DNA of 64,000 nucleotides from positions 51,735 through 115,734 of the forward strand of contig DIXM01000009.1 in NCBI GenBank assembly GCA_002436025.1. The letters run 5' to 3'. Shown here one piece after another: positions 61,840-64,000 of this stretch (position 1 is the stretch's first letter; every line of letters begins with the position of its first letter). This stretch comes from a candidate division Hyd24-12 bacterium UBA6080 (lineage in GTDB: Bacteria > Fermentibacterota > Fermentibacteria > Fermentibacterales > JCC-6). Under the pieces are notes generated by a model, which was not told where the DNA came from, did not search any database, and saw only the letters and a program-made list of their open reading frames with translations. The translations under genes and the position numbers were made by a program.

Positions 61840-62994
61840 TCACTCGCTCATCTCGGGCAGGATAACCGGGTCATCCCCCGGCTCACAGGCCGGAAGCTCA
61901 AAGGAGAACACGCTGCCCCTTTCTGGTTCGCTTTCCAGAAAAACCCTTCCTCCGTGCATATCCACAATTCTCTTTGCTATGGACAGCCCCAGACCTATTC
62001 CGGGGATCTTTATCTCCCCCTCCCGGGGTTCCCTGCGGATCCTGGAGAACTCCTGGAACAGCTTCTTCTGATCCTCCTGATCGATACCGATACCCGTATC
62101 CTCCACCTCCACCCTCACCCTGCCCCCAACGTCGATGCACCGCAGAGTGATCCGGCCCCCCTCCGGAGTGTACTTGATGGCGTTGGTGAGAAAGTTTGCA
62201 ATGACCTCCTTCACCAGGATCGGTATCGCCGCCACCGGGGGAGCATTATCGGATATCTCCAGAACCGCCGTGTGTCTGTTGCCAGAGATCAAACCCTGGT
62301 TCTCCACCACCACCTGCTTCACCAGCTTCCCCACGTCAACCCGCACCGCCTGGTTGCGAAGCTGTGAGGAATCGAAGGATGAGAGAAGCTGGAAGTCCCG
62401 AAGGAAGGAGATGACCTCCTGCATCCTGGCCTGGGCCCGGACCAGCAGGTGCTTCTCCCGGGGCGCCAATCGATCGCCGGCGAGGGTGGACAACCCTGTC
62501 AGGAGCGCCGAGGCCGCTCCCACTGGGGAACGGAGATCATGAATGGCTATGTGCAGAAAATCCCGGTGCAGCTTGGAAAGCCTTCTGAGCTTGACGTTGG
62601 CCTCGCGCAAATCCTGCTGCGCGAGGCGCCTGCGGTGGTTCAGCTCCCCCACCAGGAATCCGACCGCCAGGAACATTCCCACCCTTGCCAGCCCGGGCCA
62701 TATGGGAAAGGCGCTCATGTCCAGGAGTTCCAGGGCGATTATCCAGGCCCCGAGGAAAATGGGAACAAAGACTGCCTTGCGTCCCCACCAGATGCTGGAG
62801 AGGAAGATGGGAACGTAAGCGAAGTGGGAGTAGGCCACATCGGTATTCAGCCTGAAATGGAACAGAAGGCTGAGCGCCATGAATACCAGCATCAGCCCGA
62901 TCACCAGGGCGTCCCTGCGCCAGCTGTGCCGGAGAGGCCTCCTGAAGCCCGCCCAGAAATTGGGGCTGTCAACCAGCTGGTTTTCCTCGCCCAT
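61840..62994 (-). CDS. Membrane sensor histidine kinase
   Basis: Four to five N-terminal TM spans. H-box FLHIAIHDLRSPV; HATPase motifs (NFLTNAIKYTPEGG, DTGIGI, GIGLGLSI). ATG 62994 preceded by GGAAAGGG; the upstream track extension is unsupported. Confidence 0.88.
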   Translation of the reverse strand: MGEENQLVDSPNFWAGFRRPLRHSWRRDALVIGLMLVFMALSLLFHFRLNTDVAYSHFAYVPIFLSSIWWGRKAVFVPIFLGAWIIALELLDMSAFPIWPGLARVGMFLAVGFLVGELNHRRRLAQQDLREANVKLRRLSKLHRDFLHIAIHDLRSPVGAASALLTGLSTLAGDRLAPREKHLLVRAQARMQEVISFLRDFQLLSSFDSSQLRNQAVRVDVGKLVKQVVVENQGLISGNRHTAVLEISDNAPPVAAIPILVKEVIANFLTNAIKYTPEGGRITLRCIDVGGRVRVEVEDTGIGIDQEDQKKLFQEFSRIRREPREGEIKIPGIGLGLSIAKRIVDMHGGRVFLESEPERGSVFSFELPACEPGDDPVILPEMSE

Positions 62995-63227
62995 CAAACC
63001 CTTTCCGCAATAGCCTGCATCGGGCTGCCAAGGGGTGGACTGGGAGGAGCATTCAACAAATGAAAATAAGCCCAAGGGCGGGGTGTGTAAAGCCGGGGGA
63101 AGCTCACTCCACGCAGGCCTTTCAGCGTGGGGGCACTTGCCTGAGAGACAGTACCTGCCAGCTCGGAAGGTCGAGTTGAAGCAATGCAATGAGTGAGGTT
63201 CAGGATTCTACGGGATGCGCGAAAAGA

Positions 63228-63791
63228 TCATCGGGTCAGGACAGGGGCGCATCGCGCGCCCCCATCAGTCAATGCGAACCTTTCGGCTCCCACCTGAAGC
63301 CCATCACCCCCAAGGGCGTTCAGTATCTCCCGGACCGCCATTTCGGCCCCGGCCCGCACCGGAGGGCACAGCCCTTCCCCGAGGGTGTCGGGGATGCGAA
63401 TGGAGACCCCCCATACCGTCCATTGTGGAAAGCTGCCCTGATAGAGCCTTTCCAGTTTCTTCATGACCGTGGCCGCGTCGGTCTGGTGGAATGAGGGCGT
63501 GAAGCCTTTTGGCATGGGCTGGGCAGCGTACACCGTGCCGGGTTCATCGCCTGCCACCGCATCGAGTATCACCATCGCGCGTGTTTCGGGCAGCAGGTCC
63601 CACAGGGCGTAAAGGTCTCCTGCAACGAGATGGAAGGAAATCCCATCCACCCCCCCCAGAGCCTCCCGGAGCCTCCCGAGCATCACCGGGCCGACCCCGT
63701 CGTCGCCTGCCAGGGTGTTTCCTATCCCCACGAAGGCAAGGCTGCGCTCCTGTGTCAACTCCTGCGTATCACCTGCACCTTGTACCGGCAT
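63228..63791 (-). CDS. Hydrogenase maturation protease (HyaD/HoxW-like), second copy
   Basis: LAFVGIGNTLAGDDGVGP..., ILDAV, ...SFHQ... motifs. An alternative TTG start at 63758 would form a TTGA overlap with the upstream gene. Confidence 0.8.
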   Translation of the reverse strand: MPVQGAGDTQELTQERSLAFVGIGNTLAGDDGVGPVMLGRLREALGGVDGISFHLVAGDLYALWDLLPETRAMVILDAVAGDEPGTVYAAQPMPKGFTPSFHQTDAATVMKKLERLYQGSFPQWTVWGVSIRIPDTLGEGLCPPVRAGAEMAVREILNALGGDGLQVGAERFALTDGGARCAPVLTR

Positions 63792-64000
63792 GCCTTGTCA
63801 CCCGGCGCGGATTCCACCAGTTTCAGCCTGGAATCGGACATCCTGCCGATGTATCCCGCCAGGTAGTTGTAGAACAGCACGCAGAGGTCGCCCCCGAGCT
63901 CCAGCCCCTTCGCCTTGCACAGCTCGCGTATGTAGCAGTCCCCAACGTCCACCGTGAGGTTCTCATCCCCATCCATCACCGGTTTCAGGACCCATGTCGG
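63755..64000 (-). CDS. C-terminal fragment of a V4R-like (small-molecule-binding) domain protein; gene starts beyond the right edge
   Basis: The frame is open from the window end: ...PTWVLKPVMDGDENLTVDVGDCYIRELCKAKGLELGGDLCVLFYNYLAGYIGRM...VESAPGDKACRYKV. The cysteine pattern recalls V4R domains; assignment is tentative. Confidence 0.4.
   Translation of the reverse strand, partial: PTWVLKPVMDGDENLTVDVGDCYIRELCKAKGLELGGDLCVLFYNYLAGYIGRMSDSRLKLVESAPGDKACRYKVQVIRRS

Overview
GC-rich, very gene-dense chromosomal window of about 60 genes. Many genes are joined by ATGA/GTGA/TGATG start-stop overlaps. The content looks like an anaerobic, fermentative or hydrogen-cycling bacterium. A T9SS-type C-terminal sorting domain and a C25-like propeptide hint at an FCB-group lineage (inference only). 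All product names come from reading the supplied translations against remembered family motifs; no searches were run.

Gene content, left to right:
- Partial secreted protein at the left edge.
- TetR-controlled TolC/MFP/RND efflux operon with a palindromic operator.
- Output-less PAS-GAF-PAS sensor.
- BNR-repeat T9SS cargo protein.
- tRNA-Gln(CUG).
- Holin-IV-like membrane protein.
- Divergent CofE-like and creatininase-family genes.
- ABC-2 exporter, cutA, two-subunit class I fumarase and a malic enzyme.
- Multi-PAS hybrid histidine kinase.
- K+-dependent-type membrane pyrophosphatase.
- Zinc-ribbon membrane protein and a strongly signalled 276-aa unknown.
- Methionine gamma-lyase-like enzyme and an RlmI-like methyltransferase.
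- Cysteine desulfurase plus two-cysteine DsrC, facing a seven-gene HdrA(double module)-MvhD-FeS-HydB-like-HydG-like-HdrC-HdrB (Flx/Hdr-type) operon.
- GT26 / radical-SAM-SPASM / GT4 cassette.
- MNT-HEPN toxin-antitoxin pair.
- tag (DNA-3-methyladenine glycosylase I).
- Lipoprotein.
- hypE, hypD, hypF and hypA, hypB.
- Seventeen-gene operon for an Mrp-coupled group 4 [NiFe]-hydrogenase (described below).
- Membrane histidine kinase, a second hydrogenase protease and a partial V4R-like gene at the right edge.

The most interesting candidate is the seventeen-gene operon at 49313-61821. It couples a HydB/HydG-like NAD(P)H-type flavo-FeS module and a HycB-like ferredoxin to a group 4 [NiFe]-hydrogenase with a full Mrp antiporter set, a HycI-type protease and HypC.

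No CRISPR array, rRNA, transposase or integrase was seen.
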